A stretch of 64,000 nucleotides of DNA from Balanoglossus misakiensis. Taxonomy: Eukaryota; Animalia; Hemichordata. Positions 48,946-62,500 of this stretch are shown here, one piece after another. The notes beneath the pieces were generated by a model, which did not search any database, was not told the DNA's origin, and was given only the letters and a program-made list of their open reading frames with translations. The position numbers were made by a program, and so were the translations under genes. Position 1 is the stretch's first letter, and every line of letters begins with the position of its first letter. The stretch spans positions 4,588,001 through 4,652,000 of the forward strand of contig CM082590.2 of assembly GCA_040954595.2 (NCBI GenBank), written 5' to 3'.

Positions 48946-51340
48946 CAAGGTTTAAAGATAAAAAGTCCACCAAGTTCACGTAAAGCAAATGTTGAAGTTA
49001 TCAATGCAGATATTCAACAAAATGAGCAAAGCATCTGATCCATCACGGCGATGCAATAGTTTCGACAATCGTCTACCAAAGATAATTCATATAATTTCTC
49101 CAACAATGCTAACAGAGGACGCCTTTTGCCTTTCGCATCAACCAACAAGTACCGGTCTCTTGATATGAAGATACAACAAATAATCACACATTGTCGAGAG
49201 TCAGTGACCCGGGTCATACTGACAGCTCAGCCAATCAGGCGATGATCAAAATCCTGACATCGGCCATTTTGTTTTACAAAGCTTTCAATAGTATTTCCCC
49301 AGACCCTTTTCTGGAGAGCATCGGAAGAGCAAAGGCGTCTGGGTAACCGAGACTAATGGTCGACACAATTTCAAGATGGCCGGTTGAGGGCGCGTCAGTA
49401 AAGAGCCTTGTAGGGACAAAAAATTGCGGTTTGGAGATTGTTATATTACAAAATGTTCTAATGTCAGAGAGGGACACCCCTTCCCACACTCACCCCTTTC
49501 ATTCTTTCACACCTTTCATGTATTGCCTGGTGTACCTGGGCAGAGTACTTGCCCCCCCCCCCAATGCTAACTTTGAGCGGTGAATTTATTCATGTATGCA
49601 CATTTCCATTGTAAGTCATTCACCACCAGAATGTTGGTTACATTTGCCACCCCCCCCCCAACCATGAATTGCTCCCTAAGCCCCTGGATTCGCAAATTTT
49701 TTGTACAATGTGCACTCTCATCCATTTGGGCTAAGATTATTCCTCAAATAATTAAGTGAAAACATACAAAAAAATCCTTTCAAACAAATGCAACGCAATT
49801 TGAATGAAGACCAATGGGCTATTTATTGTCCTATCATAGAACATCGAAAGGGTATATGAATAAGGCTTTCCAACAAAAGGTACTACATAATTAGATTTAA
49901 ACATTATTTTTCGCTTCAAATGAATATAGTGCAAACAAATTCTGTCTCAATTTTATTCAAACAAAATTGCCAATATTGGAATGAATTTTTCAAATACATG
50001 TCATCAATAATTGAAATATCAACCTGTCTTCTTTATCAGTATATGTAGAAATCTTAAAAACTATCATTCTTATTAATATGCCCAGAAGTGTGGGTTTTAA
50101 GAATCACGGAAATGTTATTTATGAGCTCAGTGGTACTAAAATTAAAAAGTTTGATCGTGCTTACAAATTTCGAGATGGTGCATTCAAGCAAAGAAAACAA
50201 CCAAACATGTTTTGAACTAAAGCAATTTGTAATACATTGTTTTGTGGATGATTTTCTACATTATGAAAAGTAAACTTTCCCTTCAACTATAACCATACCA
50301 AATAATAAGGAAATGTGACTGTAATCTTTACACAAATGAATATTTTAAATGAGGCTTCATGTATTAGAATAAAACTTACTAACTGAATGTGTTGGCCAGT
50401 ATTGTCAGCACCAACAATCTTGTCATTTGAGATGCTTGCATTTTCCTTCACATTATACAAAACCCATTCGTTTGTACAGCGAACCTTGTCACTAATACTC
50501 AACAACTACATTTAAACACACGTCACATATGTCCGGCTGAAACACAAAGCATATTCTCGGCTAAACGATGTATCACATATACTGTGATAATAATACTTAA
50601 CTAAATGTCATTTCTAATCAAAACAAAAACATCACATACAGTGATTCTAATCGTTGATTATATGTCACTATTCGAGCGATAATGATCCTTGAGTATCACA
50701 TACAAGTACTTTTTTGTGTCAGCATCATATGGGTAGATATGTTCTATTAGTACTAAAACTGTCAAATCTACCATTGGGCCATACTTGGATTATTTTATAT
50801 TATTTCAAGTACAGCAAACCCTAGCCAATCCGGTAAAATAAGTGTAACCAGAATACATTGTCAATTCTCTTTCATTGAGAACCACATGTTACAGGAATAT
50901 CTATAAACCTGGAACCTCTGCAAACAGACCATTATCTTCCACCCTTTTGGTATCCACTAAAGACTGGAATTTTACTGGAATTTATAACTGCTGCAAGATA
51001 GTAAATCATTGTGCCTTTAACTTACAGTTTTCATTCACAATTGTTCCACAGCTAAATATATGACCACTGTCCGTGTGACATTTCACAGGCTGGCTTTGTT
51101 ATTGAGAAGACAGTCATGGTTGGAGGGTGGTTTGGTGTATTGGCTTCATTTTCTCTGCGGGGCTAATTACTGTATGTGTGTTGGGAACTTTTCACTTGCA
51201 CACACCAATTCCGTTACTCAGTTAAATTCGTAGACATTGCAACAATTTTCATGGAAATACTGCCATCCTTTGCAATACAAACCAGAAATTGTTATACTGA
51301 CGTCACACCGGTCTGCTTCTGAGATGTTGATGTCAGCATC

Positions 51341-54300
51341 TTAGGACGTTAGATGTAGATGAGCCATGTCACCTTCAACACCATGATGATCAGCTGACAC
51401 ACCAAGTTTTCGGAACATCTCATGTATTTCTTCTCTGGCAGCGTAGACATCACAACTTTCTTGCTCAAGAATTTTAACCAGGTTGGAAAAATTGCTCTTA
51501 CAGAATTTGTTATCTGCAGTTGGTTGTTGGCCTGCATGTTGTTGTCCTCCGCAGCTCTTGGACCAAACAGATAAAGCATGTTGTGTGGGAGATTGAATCG
51601 ATGCACTGTGTTGCCATGAAGCCACCTCCATTTGAGGGATCCCCATCAAGTCTGCCATAGCCCTGTAGTCATTGCCGGAGAACCGGATGATATCCATGAT
51701 ATTAGAAAATATCTTGAGGGCATCCTTCAGCATCCACTTGACATCACTTTCATATCCATATTTACGGAGGAATGTAGTATCATATCCAGCACAGAGCAAG
51801 TCAGTGACAGCTTCTTCTTGACCTGTTTGCTCATCATACACTCCACTTCCATTCTGCTCAGCTTCTGTGATTTTCTGCATTTGGTAGAATCTTACATTCT
51901 CTGGGTTGCTGTGAATTCGCAGCGAGTGGGCGCTGAGAATATGGGTGTCGACCTCGATACCCGGACAGCAGATCTCTATGACGTCATAGATATCATTGGT
52001 CACCATTTCCAGTAACTGGTAACACGCCCCTATGTCTTCTCCCTTTTCTGCTCTGACACAGGTGTGGATTGCCGTCCATCCATCTGTCATGTACACCAAT
52101 CCTTCTACGATGTGGCAGACTTTGATACCATTCTTCCATATTCCACTGGGAGGGTAACCCATTTCCTCAAAGTGACGGTAGAGCCTGGTCTGTAGGCGTG
52201 GGAACAAACCTGGTGTGAAGCTGTCTGTTTCATCATGACATTCGATTCTTCTACCAAAATAGTGATGCTTAGTGGAATCCGATTCCCATTGATTTGCTGG
52301 CATTTTATCTTCCAAGAGTCCAGGGATGATGTAAGATTTTGGATTGGACTCATCTTCATGGAGAAGCTCAAAATGCTTGAGAAGAGCCATGACTAAGTTG
52401 GTATCACCGTAACCACTGAATACTCGAGCAATTTCTGTCTCGTGATAGAACTTCTGATTTTTCGGCAGTTTGTCGCTGTATTGAACGAAGATATCAGTTG
52501 CCATCAGTCGACCTAAGATTTCTGAACACAACCACTGACCATCAAGAACAATGATATCATCACCAAGTGGATTCTTTACAAAGATAATCTGCAACAAACA
52601 AGAAGACAATGAAATAAAAGTTGATTGAAAGAAAATAGTATATTGATCGATGAGATGAGAAGGCAAGATGACTGACTGACTGACTGACTGACTGAAAGAA
52701 TGAATAAATGAATGAATGAATGAATGAATGAATGAATGAATGAATGAATGAATAAATAATGGTTGAAAGGATAGGTAGATGGATGTAAAGGGTAGATGAC
52801 TGAATGAATGAATGAATGAATGATGGCCATAGATATATGGTCTGATCAGTGGATGAATTGATGGTGTTTTGAAAAATTACCTCGCCAATGCTTTCCAGGT
52901 ACGATGTAGCTATCCTCAGAAATGGCTCTTGAACATATTTATCAATCTCCTGAACTCTTTCCAGATATGTCGTCCAGTACAGAACAGGGAACTTCTTGTT
53001 TTTTAGCCACCTCTGCTTCTTGTCAGCAATTTTAGCACATAGGTTTGGTATACTTTCTTCCTTCTGTAATGCAATAAACAACAGATAATTGTATAAGAGG
53101 ACAAAGCTTGTAAATCCCCCATTATCCCGCACAAAAGACCATACATTCCAAATTGATACATACATACATACATACATACATACATACATACATACATACA
53201 TACATGATACATTCATACATACATATATACATACATACATACATACATATATACACGGAAGGGATCTGTTCACATGAAACACATCCAGAAGAAACGGACT
53301 ACAGATCAGCTGGATATATAGTGAATCAACGTTCGGCCACACACAACTCCTTGGACAAAGTCTTTCTCTCGCAGGCATTTTTCCATTAATCACGTTTGAT
53401 ATAAGACACGTACTGTTCATGTTATTCTACATGTGGATATATAGAGAATCAACATTCAACGACACACAACTTCCATCCCGTTTGTAGGATATGATAGTAA
53501 AAATCCCGCCAAAATGAATAAATGGTAAACACCATTTATTCTTTTTGGCGAGTTTTTCACTCTCGTGTCTATAAGGTGGATGGATGTTGTGTGATTGAAC
53601 GTTGATTCACTATATATCACCATGTAGAACAATATAAAATGGTGTCTTGTATCAAATATAATTAATGGAAAAAGGGCAGCGAGAGAGAGACTTTGTCCCT
53701 TTCAAGAAAAACCTTATTGGAATTATCGTTCTTGTTGTAGTTTTATCAGTTTCTGACTAGACGGATTTTAAAATCAATATGATAATATAAATAGTTATGC
53801 ATTTGTGTTAAACTCACCTTGAACCCACGTAAGATCACACGTAGTCTGCCCATTGCTTCACTTTGAGAATCATGACAATTTACCAAAACTGTCTCATCCA
53901 CAATATTCAAATAATTGCCAAATTTCTTCTTCAATTCTTCCCTTACCTCTTCTACAACCCGTTTGGCTATATTAGAAAACATGAAATAAAAAATGGGTAA
54001 TGGTAATTACTGATGTTCATGCAAAACGTAAATTGGTAGACTGCGTGAACTTAAGGGCATGTCACCATTCCTATGAAATAGAAAAAAAATAGGTACAGGT
54101 ATTTAACTAGTATTCAAAGTAGGCGGGCAATGCACCTTCTGACTAAAAGATTTTAAGTAATTATGTCAGATCTTTTTGAAAAAAAATACCTATTGTGCAT
54201 CACCTTACAATGAACTGTTTCTAAAATACCCCACCCATCAAAATGTGTTGGATGCACAAACAGATATGTCCAAAGCGATTTTGGTTTTACCATTACATAC

Positions 54301-54567
54301 TAGATTGTGTGCGAGTGTGTGTGCATGTACTAGAGTGTTTAACAGTATATGCATGTTGTAACTGCACTCAAACTAATCTACTTACCACTCTCTTGTTGAG
54401 ATTCATCCAACATATCAGCTCTACTTGCGATCAATATCACAGTTGGTTTGGTGTCTTCACTCCGAGACGAAGCATCATCACTCTTTGGTATGCTGCTTAT
54501 CATGCCTTTGAAGAACTGGGCCCATATGTTGGTCTGAAAATTATCACAATGTTTTAATTTCCAAATT

Positions 54568-54627
<60 letters not shown>

Positions 54628-56741
54628 GCAATCAATCAAGCAATCAATCAATTAATCAATTAATGCTTTGTGTAAATGTAACACAATTATTTATTTATTA
54701 GCCATTCTCAAATGGCTAGATCCATGTAGTAGGATTGAACATACTTTAAAGTTTCTATTTCGTTCCGGTGTGTTTGTGTGTGAATGGTCATGTCTCACCT
54801 CTTTCAGTGCTTGTTCCAACATCTCTATAGGCTTCTTCAAATGTTTTGGGTCATCTTTCACCATTTCTGTTATTTTAAACAGAAGCATAAACACAGCATC
54901 TTCTGCTCTCAGGAACATGTTGTGAGTCACGTAGTACTCACACTGTCCAGCAAAATCCATGACAATGTATTCTCCAACCTTTGGTATGTCGACAGTTTTT
55001 ACATCAATACCAGGTGTTGGTGTGTACCCAGTCTTGTCTGGTGGAGGGGCTTTTTCTGCAGCTCGTCGAGTCACATTCGCTTTCCAGAAGCCCTGTATGA
55101 AAGCAGTTCACATAAAATTGCAGTAAGCGTTTGTGTTGACAGTGACACTTATGGGCGAGTAACACTATCATTTAAGCAAACTATTTCACCTGGACATCAT
55201 GATAATGTTTAATAGATTTTAATGACAATAGTTTGGTGAACTGTTTATGTATGCTGTACATTACAATATTCAGAAAACAGTGAATAAATGAATAATTTCA
55301 TAGTATCACTGCAATAGATAAATAACAAACTTGAAACATCGACGAAACATTCGAAGTGGAAAATGGTGTGACCACACAATGTTTGACAAACATATGAGTT
55401 CAGATATGAAAATCATTGTTACCCGTTGCAAAGATTTCACAAGGGTTGTCTTTCCAACACCACCAAATCCACAGACATGAACTCTACTACTATTTCGGGT
55501 GATGCCTGATTCTCTCATCAAAACACTGAATTCAATCTTCATCTGTTCCGCCTGATGTTAACAAAAAGAACTACGTTAACAGCACGCGACAGCATTCTCA
55601 GAAGACTGGCCAAATATTGACAAATGTACTGTGATATCAAATGAACACTACACTGCATTGATGACACAATTTGGCTACGACAGCCTCATATTTAGTGCAC
55701 TTAAAGGGACAAAATCTCTCTCACTGCCCTTTTACCATTAATTATGTTTGATGCAAGACACTCTTTATGTTAATTATGTTGGATACAAGACACTGTTTAG
55801 GTTAATTATGTTGGATACAAGACACCGTTTATGTTATTCTCCATGTGGATATATAGTGAATCAACGTTCAACAACACACAACTTCCATCCCGCTTGTAGA
55901 CTTAAGAGTGAAAAACTCGCCAAAATGAATAACTGGTGTTTACCATTTATTCATTTTGGGTGAGTTTTTACTCTCATATCCTACAAACGGGATGGAAGTT
56001 GTGTGTGGTCGAACGTTGATTTAAAATATATCCACTTGTAGAATAACATAAACGGTGTCTTGTATCAAACATAATTAATGGAACAAGGGCAGCGAGAGAG
56101 AGACTTTGTCCTGGGAGGTGTGTGTGGTCGAACGTTGATTCACTGTATATCCACATGTGGAATAACATAAACGATGTCTTGTATCAAACATAATTAATGG
56201 AAAATGGCATTGAGAGAGAGACTTTGTCTCTTTAATTAAAAAAAACAAGTAGAGTGATAAGTCTGGTGTGTTATGCATATGTCAAAATGCAGCGATTATG
56301 AATTGTGGATGAAACACTGAATAAGAACGATGATACATGTAAGTATCATTTATTGGTAACAGAAAGATGAAAGAAACAATAGTATTGTCAGTATTGTCAA
56401 CAAGTGCACAAGTTCCTATTAAAATTACCAAATAAAGGAGTACAATATTTTAGACCAACCAAATAATGTAAATTTAACGAAATCACATATAGCCACAGCC
56501 ATGGTTTCACTTTGAAATTTAAATTAGAGTGTACAAAGAGGTAAAAACTAATCTCCACTCTCCAAATAGTTTCTTTCAGTTTTTGTTCTGGAAATGAATT
56601 ACTTGATCTCATTGATGGTTGTATAACAAGTAAAAGCGTTCCTTTTGAATTTGACAGTTACTTTGTTTTTATGGGAAATATTACCTTCAGCAGAGATTTG
56701 ATTCTTCTGTCGTCTGCATAATCCATAGGTGTCTTTCCGCC
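51341..56741 (-). CDS. Roco-family protein (ankyrin - Roc GTPase - COR - death domain; DAPK1 C-terminus-like), 3' seven exons: 56741-56685, 55551-55423, 55092-54799, 54533-54386, 53966-53818, 53063-52881, 52588-51341
   Basis: All junctions are AG/GT with matching phases (0,0,0,1,0,0). Ankyrin end GKTPMDYA, P-loop GFGGVGKT, TPGI, DFAGQ.EYY.TH, IASRAD. COR motifs IIVLDGQWL, YIIPGLL, PGLFPRLQ, IWKNG. Death-like DYRAMADLMGI...SPTQHALSVW. Upstream exons lie outside the window. Confidence 0.88.
52668..52822. repeat. (TGAC)n/(TGAA)n microsatellite
   Basis: Direct reading; intronic. Confidence 0.9.
53156..53252. repeat. (TACA)n microsatellite
   Basis: Direct reading; intronic. Confidence 0.9.
53308..53702. 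mobile_element. AGGGACAAAGTCTC-family MITE (intronic, compound)
   Basis: Same arms as the 48600 copy plus a partial duplicate. Confidence 0.7.
54569..54662. repeat. (CAAT)n microsatellite
   Basis: Direct reading; intronic. Confidence 0.9.
55701..56234. mobile_element. AGGGACAAAGTCTC-family MITE (intronic, duplicated right arm)
   Basis: TTAAAGGGACAAAATCTC start. Two right arms ending ~56111 and ~56234. Internal 30-bp tandem duplications. Confidence 0.7.
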
Positions 56742-58292
56742 CTGTAAGGTGGAGAAAGGATTTTTAAAGCCATTGCTATGATTTGGTTAAAACTGCTTCA
56801 TCACGTTTTATGCACAAATGAATCTTCACAAATCTACTATTTGCAAAACATGCCTCTGGTTGGAATTTCTTGAGTATCAGAATGTGACAGTCGGGACATT
56901 TTTTTATGGTTTTCTAGTTTGAAACTTTAAAGGGGAGTTCTCGTGGCGCTGAGATTGCGCGCGAGGGTGTCTCCCTTGATTAACTCCTTTCCCAGAATCC
57001 CTCACTCATCTCTGCAAAAGAAAAAAAATGGCTGCTATGGATAATAGTTAAGCGAGTTTCACTGACAGTACAGTTTCAACTACTAGTATAATGGTGACAG
57101 TACCTATTTTGTGCGAGAGAGGGTGGTGTCAGAAGAATATTACGAAAGTGATAGTTCGACTCGGCGAGCAAACGTGATAGTACAGACATCATATTGTCAG
57201 TAGGAATGCCGCATTTGAGCCGATTGGATCCCTGATCCAAGTCGCACCCACAATGCACTGCTGTTAAAGTGGGGCGGCATAACAAAAACTTTCATATCGA
57301 TTGTGCATTGTGATAAAAGCTCAGATGGGTGTTAATGTGTAATTAACTCAATCGGCCATGTAACGCCGGGAACACACAGACTTGTACGCAGGGCTAGGAA
57401 CACACATTCCCATATGCACAGACACATACGACACAACCCAACAATGAACTCAGCATGAACTGAACAAAACAATTGACCGTATTTACATATAGACTCATTT
57501 GAATGTCAATTTTGCACTGGTTTTACGGCCGCCAAGCTGAAAGTTTTTGTTTCAGGGTTTTGACAAATATCTTTGGAGTAGGCAAGTGACAGGCAAAATC
57601 AGGAAACAGATAATGTCTCGTGACACGCGGCGACGGTGTGATTTTCAACATTACCTACAAAGTCATAAATTAGGACAACATGTGGAGGAAAATATTTAAA
57701 ATAAAATTAGGCGTGACTACGGCAACATTGCGATCATACTGGTGAACTTGTAGGGCTTCCCAACAGCCAGCAATCTAGATTTATCAACTGAAGACCATAA
57801 TCCGAAAAAGTTGGATTTTCAGAAATTTGCACTTTGTTTAATTTAATTTTCCTCTTGCAACAGGTTTTGCTTTCCACAAATAAACGCTTTTCACTAGCTT
57901 TCCGTCCATTTACGCTAACAACCGGGGGTAACAACAAACTGTGTTCGGAAACGCCTACACTAGATAATTTCAGGTCTTCGTACAAACAGAGGGAAAGAAA
58001 CTGTCCGGTTTAATCCCCCTGAAATTTTACACATCCTAAATGCAAAATACATAATTAATTCATGGAGAGGGCGCTCTGCATCTGTCATCCACGGAAACAG
58101 GGTTTGAACGCTCCGTGAGTTTTTGACAAATTTTGTCATCGTACTGTTAAACTTGTTTACTGCGAAGTGTTCGGAGTGCAGTTTAACTACCTATGTAGCA
58201 GAAGTAACATTTATTGTGTTACTATCTGGTCATTTTTGGACGTTTGAAGGAGTTTTCAGTTTTCTCGTTACAACAAAGGAGCCCCAACCAGT

Positions 58293-59513
58293 ATGGCGGC
58301 CGGCGCGGCGGGAGTCCGAAGCTACGCACAAGTCACCATGCCGTATGCAGACTCGGAAACTGCTGAGGACCACAAGTCCGTTCTATTTCTAAAACAATCG
58401 GATGTTGTTAGACCAGAGACCAAACACTGGTTAAAAGGTGAGGAGATCCTTGCTAGTATTGCTGAAGTAGTGCCAATTGAGAACATTGATGGCTTGCAGC
58501 GGATTTGTGATCTCTGTAGAATTTACCCAAGGGACAATGCCGATAAGCTAATACTGAAGCAACATGGTTTGTCTTTACGTGGAAAAGCAATAGAACTTTG
58601 GGATAAGAATCCATTCAGGCGTGAGTTGCAAGAAGTTTGTGTCAAGATCATTGTGAAAGATTTGCCGTTGTCGTTAGATGACAGCGTCATCGGGAGCTCT
58701 TTGTCTGCGATAGGCCTGAAAATTAAATCTAGGCTTTTGCGGCAAAGATGGCGGGTGAACGGCAAACTCACCAATATTTGCAATGGGGACCGCATGGTTT
58801 TCGTTGAAAAACCATCCAAAGATCTACCGAAATTTATTAAAGTCGGACCGTTCTCTGCAAGGCTTTTCAGTAGCTTGCAGAACAGAAACTCTGAGCAAGA
58901 AACAAAGTGTAACAAGTGCTTGCAACTTGGACATTTTAGCTACCAGTGCACAAATCCTTTGAAATGCAGACTTTGTTTCGGCAATGGGCACCTTGCAAAA
59001 GAATGTGTTAATGCCAAGTGTGAAAAGCCGGCCGAACAGGAGGTGGAAAGTGGTGTATGCACGTTGATTACTCCTGTGACAGAGGCAGTAATTATCACAT
59101 CAACGCCACAACAAAGCACCACACCTACATGTACAAGTGACGCAGGCATTCCAACGCCTTTATCTACACCTGCTGCAGAACCGGCTTCGTCAGCTCATTG
59201 TGAGAGCCAACAGACGAGGGAGGCTACTACGAAGAGTGGATCGAACATAGGCAGTACTAGTCATGACACAGTGTGCAACGACCCATCATCCTCATCGAGA
59301 CAACGAGCCTCGCAGCGGTCGATATCATCGTACTTTCCTGAGAAAAGACGCGATCCAAGAATACAGAAACCGAAAGATTGTGATCAAGACGATTCCGTCG
59401 CTGCTGTCGCGGACACATCAGCGAATATCAGCGAGAGCGAGTCTGAACAGTATACGTGGACTGTGACACAACAAAAGAGGAAATGTCCGATCTGTCACCG
59501 GAATCACCCGTGA
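58293..59513 (+). CDS. Tx1-type ORF1 (gag-like, 2x CCHC zinc knuckle)
   Basis: RSYAQV start, NGDRMVFV, CNKCLQLGHFSYQC and CRLCFGNGHLAKEC, S/T-rich tail. Confidence 0.88.
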   Translation: MAAGAAGVRSYAQVTMPYADSETAEDHKSVLFLKQSDVVRPETKHWLKGEEILASIAEVVPIENIDGLQRICDLCRIYPRDNADKLILKQHGLSLRGKAIELWDKNPFRRELQEVCVKIIVKDLPLSLDDSVIGSSLSAIGLKIKSRLLRQRWRVNGKLTNICNGDRMVFVEKPSKDLPKFIKVGPFSARLFSSLQNRNSEQETKCNKCLQLGHFSYQCTNPLKCRLCFGNGHLAKECVNAKCEKPAEQEVESGVCTLITPVTEAVIITSTPQQSTTPTCTSDAGIPTPLSTPAAEPASSAHCESQQTREATTKSGSNIGSTSHDTVCNDPSSSSRQRASQRSISSYFPEKRRDPRIQKPKDCDQDDSVAAVADTSANISESESEQYTWTVTQQKRKCPICHRNHP

Positions 59514-59583
59514 TTTTAACGCCAGCTTCCGGGACGACCACGGACAATAGAAAGAGACGCAAGAGGAAGAGGAAACTAAAGAA

Positions 59584-62500
59584 ATGAGTAACAAATTACA
59601 TATTGTAACTTTAAATGTAAGAGGTTTAGGTAATTACTCTAAACGTAGAGATATCTTGCAATGGCTTAAACACCAGAAGGCGTCTTTTGCCGTTTTACAA
59701 GAAGTTTACGGTGAAAACATAAATATTGTTCAATGGGAAAAAGAATGGGGAGGTCGGATAATTATGTCGGAAGGCTAAACATTGTAATGTTCATATTGAC
59801 AGTGTTTAACAAGCACCTCCTTAAAAAGGAGGATTACGTTATAAGTGTCCGTAATCTCCTGACACGGTGTAAAATTAAGTATGTGAATGTAGAAGCCAAT
59901 GTTAGATGGGATTTGATAAAGAAAGATGTGAAGGAGTACACGATTGGGTATTGTCATAATGTAACGAAGAATTCTAACACCCTCATTCCGGAGTTGGAGA
60001 AGCATTTGCGTACTGCTGAACAAAACATGCTCCATGAGCCGTCTGATTCCAACATTGAGGCTTATGGTTTAATTAAACAGCGTTTGGATAATCTTTTCAC
60101 CCTCCGTGCCGAAGGTGCGCAGATACGCCCCAAGGCACGCTGGGTCGAAAAGGGTGAAAAAAGTACAAAGTTCTTTTTGGGTTTAGAGAAGACAAATGCC
60201 TCCAAAAAGGAGATTAATGTTCTCCGTACAGCGCAGGGTACCTATGTAACTGATACGGAGCACATTCTTGAGGAACAGAAGAACTTTTATCAAAATCTGT
60301 ATAAAGATAAGCCGAGAGATAGTTGCCTTGACGATTTTCTAGGAGATGCAGCTGTTTCACAGCTATCCCAGATTCAATCAGACATTTGTGAGGGTGTGCT
60401 CACAGAAAGAGAATGCTTTAAAGCACTGTGTATGATTGCTCCCAACAAATCTCCTGGATGCGACGGGTTAACTGGTGAATTTTATCGTTTTTTCTGGAAT
60501 GATATTTGCGATTATGTATTGTCATCTTTAAATAGTAGTTACAGGTGTGGTTCGCTATCTTTATCTCAGAGACGAAGTTTACTTACACTGCTGTTTAAGA
60601 AAGGCTCCGAGGACGATTTAAACAACTGGCGTCCAGTGTCTCTTCTAAATACCGATTATAAAATTGCTACTAAAGCTTTAGCTAATCGGTTACAAATCGT
60701 TCTTCCGTCATTGATCCATAGAGATCAAACCGGGTATATGAAGGGGCGTTTCATAGGTGAAAATGTTAGACTTATCTCTGACATCTTTCATTACTCAAAG
60801 AAGAACAATGTTGGAGGAGTTGCCATGTTCCTTGATTATGAAAAAGCCTTCGATAGCGTTAACTGGGACTATCTTGATGAAACTTTACGACGTATGAATT
60901 TTGGTCATTCCTTTCGTCAATGGGTAAAAACTTTCTACACGAACATTCAGAGCTGTATTTTATACAAGGGTTGGTCTTCAAGTTACTTCAGGTTAGAAAG
61001 GGGTGTCCGTCAGGGATGTCCCCTCTCTGCACTTTTATTTGTAATAGCAATTGAGTTTTTAGCTTGTAAGATCAGGCACGATGAAACTATCAAAGGGTTT
61101 CGTCTGCCTGCTGGTAATGGTCATGCCAAAGAAGCAAATATATCTTTACTTGCAGATGATACAACAGTATTCGTTGAAGATTTGTCTTCTGTTGTGTCTG
61201 TTCTCAAAGTAATGGAGAAGTTTCAAGGATGCAGTGGGCTAAGGTTAAATATAAAGAAAACGCAGGCTTTTAAACTTGGTAATTTAAGAAAATGTAACGA
61301 TAAAGTGGGTAATATAAGTTGGACTGACAATCCTGTAAAAACTCTTGGAGTGTATTTTGGGTATGATGATGCTCTGTGTAAGCAGTTAAACTGGGATGAT
61401 AAGTTAAAATCGTTAGGAAAAGTTTTGGAAATGTGGGGAAGACAGACGGCAACTCACGATTTATGGCTGTGTTCTCATTACCAAGTCTCTTGCTGTTTCA
61501 AAGATTATGTAATTATCATCAGTAATTGGCATTCCCAATGATATTCTCTGTAAAGTACAACGTCTCGTTGACAGTTTTGTAAAACGTAAAAGGAGAATTT
61601 CGAACAAAATTCTTGAAAGTGGCTACAAGCTAGGAGGAGTTAATCATATTAATGTGAAATGCCAAGTGGAAGCAATGATGGCTCTTTGGGTTAAAAGAAT
61701 AATAATGTGTAAAGACGAGACATGGGCTGTTTTGCCCTGGTCATATTTGCTTTTAGATAATACCACAATTTTATTGCATCAGCACTCAATTTGGCAAAGG
61801 ATTCCTGATTTTCTTTTATCTGTACTCCCTGAATTTTATGTAAATGTACTGAATGCCTGGTATGCGGTGAAACACAATACCTCCCGTGCAGGGAACCGTA
61901 CCCTTGTCTGGTCCTCCATATTCAGGTGTTTTTATGCAGCTCACTCTGCAAGCGATGACTATGATGTCACACTTGGCGTTTCTAAATCTCCGGTCCACAA
62001 ATTAACTTGTAAGGTGTTGTATACTCATCTCACTCAGAGGCACTCAGTTCAAGCTAGTGATAAACTCTCAAAATGGTTTTCTAAGTTAAATATCACCCCT
62101 GTAAAGCCAGAGAGCGACTGTTACAAAATCTGGCTGAGTGTGTACAAGTTGACTAAAGAGACCAAGTTAAGACACGGGCGTCATGGAACAATAAAGTGTA
62201 TAGAATAGATATTAATAAACTTAGCATAAACGCGACGTCCTCAATGAACAAAGAATAAAATATTTCATGGGTTTGTTTGGTGTAGACGAGAAATGCACTA
62301 AAGCTAGGCCAGTGTTAACTTTATGTGCAAAACCACACCGCATAGGCACCGTGTATACGATCCCGTCTTGAGCAGTAAAGGCGATGTCTATAAAACATGC
62401 GTGCGCGCCCGCAACTGATATGCCCTGTGTACGTACGTGAGTACACATATATACAGGGTATGAAACGAATTTTCAGCCCACCGCCATTTGGCAACTATTA

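Noticed and set aside
52560-53420. 286-aa ORF as a separate gene
   Set aside because: Only 52881-53063 is a Roco exon; the rest is intron read-through over a MITE and microsatellites.
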